This document shows positions 59,944-64,000 of a stretch of DNA of 64,000 nucleotides, in pieces. Source of the DNA: the human T2T-CHM13v2.0 reference genome, Homo sapiens; NCBI RefSeq assembly GCF_009914755.1, contig NC_060929.1, one strand, 5' to 3'. Position 1 is the stretch's first letter; every line of letters begins with the position of its first letter. The notes under the pieces were generated by a model. The model made no database searches. It saw only the letters and a list, made by a program, of their open reading frames with translations, and was not told the DNA's origin. A program made the translations under genes and the position numbers.

Positions 59944-61637
59944 CACAAACTATTCTTTGAAAATGCTTCTTGCAACTGTGGGGAGAGATCGGGCCAGCAG
60001 ACCCGTTCCGAGGGGAGGATTGGCTGGTGTATAGAGCAGGGTTGCACGCTGGCCCCAAAACTCTCCTCAGATGCTCCAGCTCTGGGGCGGAACTGGCCTG
60101 AAACTGATAGTGAGTTCCTGGACTAGTGTTCCCAGCCTGGCACGTGGTGCCTGGTTAGAACTGACTCATCATGGTAATATTTCCTGGAAAGTTCTGGAAG
60201 AATTGTGAGATTGTAGAGTCATGGGTTTCCCAAACATTGGTTTTGGTTTGTTTTCTTGGCTTTCCCTGCGTAGTCTCTCACCTCAGCTCCGATTTTGTGT
60301 TCTAGCACCCAACCCTAATGGTAAAGACATCGAATTTATCCACTCCAGTAAGTCTGTTTCTTTGCTAATGACTTTATGATCTTCCTGTCTATCCAGTGTT
60401 CCAGCTAATCCACTCTGGGTCGTAAGGCTGTTCCCCTAGGCACAGTGGGCACATTTTGGTTTTAATTCATGAGAGAATGGCATTTTTGACCCACTGGGAG
60501 TGTTCCATTCCAAAGTCTCATGCCAAAGTTCTGGGCATCTTAATTTTGAGACTAAAGCCACAGCCCTTGTAAAGAATTGGCAGTCAGCAGGGCTTTCTCC
60601 CTGATAAGTGGTGTAGACGTTCTTTACAGCCCATTGTATTTCTTGTGACAGTTTAAGTTTCTAATTTCCTGACACTGTAGGGGGGGTTGGGTTCCAGTGT
60701 AGAAGGCTGGAAATTTTCCATTTTTTCCCAACATAATCTACATTCCAACATTGTAAGACACAGCTTAATTCTTTCCAGTTGTGTTACTATTCTTTCTCTT
60801 TCATATTTTTCAGTCTTTCTCATTCATGGGGTATTCTCTCCTATACTGGAAAGAGGGGCCTTTGACCTTCAGTTATGAAAGTCACATCCAGCCCATGGTT
60901 GGAATAGAGCACACAGCAGAGCATGTTGAGTAGAATCAGTTGGATTAGGTTAATTAGGAAGAAGCTTCCTGAAAATAGCAAGCTGAGCCTCAGCTTCTTT
61001 CATAGAACTGAAAGGTATGAGGCTATGGCTCTATGGGCGGGTGGCTCAGTCTTTTCTGGAGCTGGGGGAAGGCAAAACTGTCAGTTTAAAGGTCAAATTT
61101 GATTGGCTGATAAAGAGTCAGCTTTGGCCAGCTGTTCTTTAAGTAGGACGCATATTCAAATATTGAACCCATCTACAGCATGGGCTATTAATATGATATC
61201 TTGGTTCTACACATTGGTTATCAAACCAGACAACAATGCAGCCACGGGATTTTCAGAGTTACAAAGGGTCTTGTCAATTTTTGGATCCAATACACTCATT
61301 TTTTTTTACATTAATTAATGAAATCACCATCTGTTTATTGAATATGAGTCATTGTGTTACGTGCTAAAAGATGCAAAGATAAATGAGAAACAGTTATTGT
61401 CAAGGAACAGCAGTAGAAAGACATGCACAAATAGCTAGAATATGAGGTATCATTTTGTTATAAAACATGATAAAATGTATAATATATATTGCATGTTATT
61501 ATTACTTTTTATATTGGGCCTGATTTATTTCAGTATCCCCACATATAGCACAATTGTTTCACATGGTGTATTTGCTCAATAAATACTGATTAAATGTGAA
61601 AAATAGAAAGGATATAAACCAAATGCTTGGGCAGGAC

Positions 61638-62042
61638 TTTTCTTTTTTATTTTATTTTATTTTTTATTTTTATTTATTTATTTATATATTTTTATTATAC
61701 TTTAAGTTCTAGGGTACGTGTGCACAATGTGCAGGTTTGTTACATATGTATACATGTGCCATGTTGGTGTGCTGCACCCATTAACTCGTCATTTACATTA
61801 GGTATATCTCCTAATGCTATCCCTCCCCGCTCTCCCCACCCGACACAGGCCCCGGTGTGTGATGTTCCCCTTCCTGTGTCCAAGTGTTCTCATTGTTCAA
61901 TTCCCACCTATGAGTGAGAACATGCGGTGTTTGGGTTTTTGTCCTTGCGACAGTTTGCTGATAATGATGGTTTCCAGCTTCATCCATGTCCCTACAAAGG
62001 ACATGAACTCATCATTTTTTATGGCTGCATAGTCTTCCATGG
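61638..62042 (-). mobile_element. Short L1PA 3' end (about L1PA4/5)
   Basis: T-rich tail then ttattatactttaagttctagggtac...ttttatggctgcatagt.ttccatgg. Confidence 0.94.
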
Positions 62043-62063
62043 CCAATACACTTATTTTTATAA

Positions 62064-62495
<432 letters not shown>

Positions 62496-63576
62496 TAATT
62501 CTCTTTTGCTGCCTGATTTCTAGCAGTCTGTTTTGAGCTGGTTGCAGAGCTGAAGCAGCCTGTTCAGAATAGTTTGGGAGAGGTTGTTAAGCCCAAATCC
62601 TTTGGCCCAAGACCATTATTCCCAGTAGGAGGAAAGGATCTGCCCCGTAGGTAAAAGATTCTTAACTTTCTTCAGTAGATTAGCTGGTTACCTAGGGTTG
62701 GAAACACATTTCAGTCAACTCATGATTTTATAATAGCCTTTCAATATTCAGTTAATACCGCTTTGCGATATTGTGTAAGTCCTTGCGAGGAAGTCATTTT
62801 AAATGTATCATTGGAGGCTTGTGAAATTATTTGATTTCTAAAGAATTTATGGTGATATTTGTTCCATGGAATCTAGAATCACCAATTTGAAGTCATGAGT
62901 TCTCATGTTTTCAGTGCCCAAATTAGATCAGTTCTAAATAGGATTATTTTGAAAATGCCCAGACATCTGGCTTTGCTTTCGTTCTGTTGTCCTTATATCT
63001 TTATATTGTCTTCTTTCTACTTCTTCTTGAATATACTTTTCAAACAAAATTTACATGAATCATCTAGGGAAGGAAAAATGATGCTTTTAACTCTAGGTGA
63101 ATTCTGTTTCCCAAAAAGCTTTTCAAAACTCTACAACAATTCAACAAACATTTTTGAGACAATTATTATTTCAGGCTTTCGTGAGCATTATTGCATTGAG
63201 CATTGTTTCACCATTACACTTCTCTTGAGAAGGCATAAATGTTTTCATTTTGCAGATGAAACAGGGAAACTCAGAAAGGATCAGTTGGGCTGTATTTCAT
63301 GTAAAATTAGTAGGTGGCAAAGATTATATCAGGGCTCAAGACTACGAGCCTTGACATAAGATGTGTACTTAATGCTTATTTTGTCATTGTCAGCGAAACT
63401 GAATTTCATGCTAATCATTTTTCTAAGTTCCTATCAAAGTATATTTTTACTGTACTTAGGAGAAGTGTGTTTTCCAATTTCAACTCATAATTGTGTTTAG
63501 CTTGTCAGTATTATATATGCAGATACTTCTGTGATCCATATAGGGTCTAGAAATTGACTTTAAATCCTTAGTTATT

Positions 63577-63772
63577 GCTATGGTTTGGATGTGGTTTGTC
63601 CCCACCAAAACTCATGTTGAAATTTGGCCCCCAATATGGCAATGTTGAGTGGTGGGGCCTAATGGGCCGTGTTTGGGTCCTGGGGCAGATCCCTCATGAT
63701 TACCTTTATGCCCTCTCTCAGGGGTGAGTTCTCTTGAAAATGGGTTAATTCCCATGAGAACAGATATTTTAA
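63577..63772 (+). mobile_element. MSTB/C-like LTR, 5' part, interrupted
   Basis: tgctatggtttggatgtggtttgtccccaccaaaactcatgttgaaatttg...gcagatccctcatga. Confidence 0.85.
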
Positions 63773-64000
63773 CTGTTTTCCCATTTGTCCTGAGAATCCT
63801 CGCCTGCACTTGTTGCTGCAGCATTTACCCGAAGATAACTTTGCCATGAAATAGCTTTTGCTTTTATTATTATTTTCAGATCACTCTAGTGTATTGACTT
63901 TGGAAACAAAAGATAATGTTTTACTTACAGAATTCTGTTTTTAGTAGTGGTATTTACATTTACAAAATACAGTAATTCTTGATTGCTGAAAGTGTCAAAT
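63773..64000 (+). mobile_element. MER75-like non-autonomous piggyBac DNA transposon (runs off the window)
   Basis: Starts immediately after TTAA (63769-63772). ttttcccatttgtcctgagaat...gctgcagcatttacc..agataactttgcca...gactttggaaacaaaaga matches my recollection of MER75. Confidence 0.8.

Overview
This is primate (very likely human) genomic DNA, not microbial. It lies within the large FBXL7 gene (+ strand). The only supportable protein-coding sequence is one 90-nt internal exon at 55377-55466 (GKGSSSISSDVSSSTDHTPTKAQKNVATSE, which I recognise as the FBXL7 N-terminus), with canonical AG/GT ends in phase 1. Everything else is intron, dense with interspersed repeats: a 2.9-kb 5'-truncated L1PA with TSD, an old L1M with a 5' inversion, about 15 Alus, a THE1 provirus remnant, solo LTRs (MLT1, MLT2, MST, THE1, MER21, MER39-like, LTR9/MER50-like), and DNA transposons (MER20, MER82, a piggyBac-type MER75 nested in an MST LTR). 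Repeat subfamily names come from remembered consensus sequences and need RepeatMasker/Dfam confirmation. I found no CRISPR array, RNA gene or other clearly new system. The best leads are a ~270-bp local duplication carrying a 3x30-bp array, an in-frame 45-nt candidate FBXL7 exon whose acceptor sits in a hairpin, twin perfect hairpins near 11 kb, a possible antisense spliced transcript, and close inverted Alu pairs.
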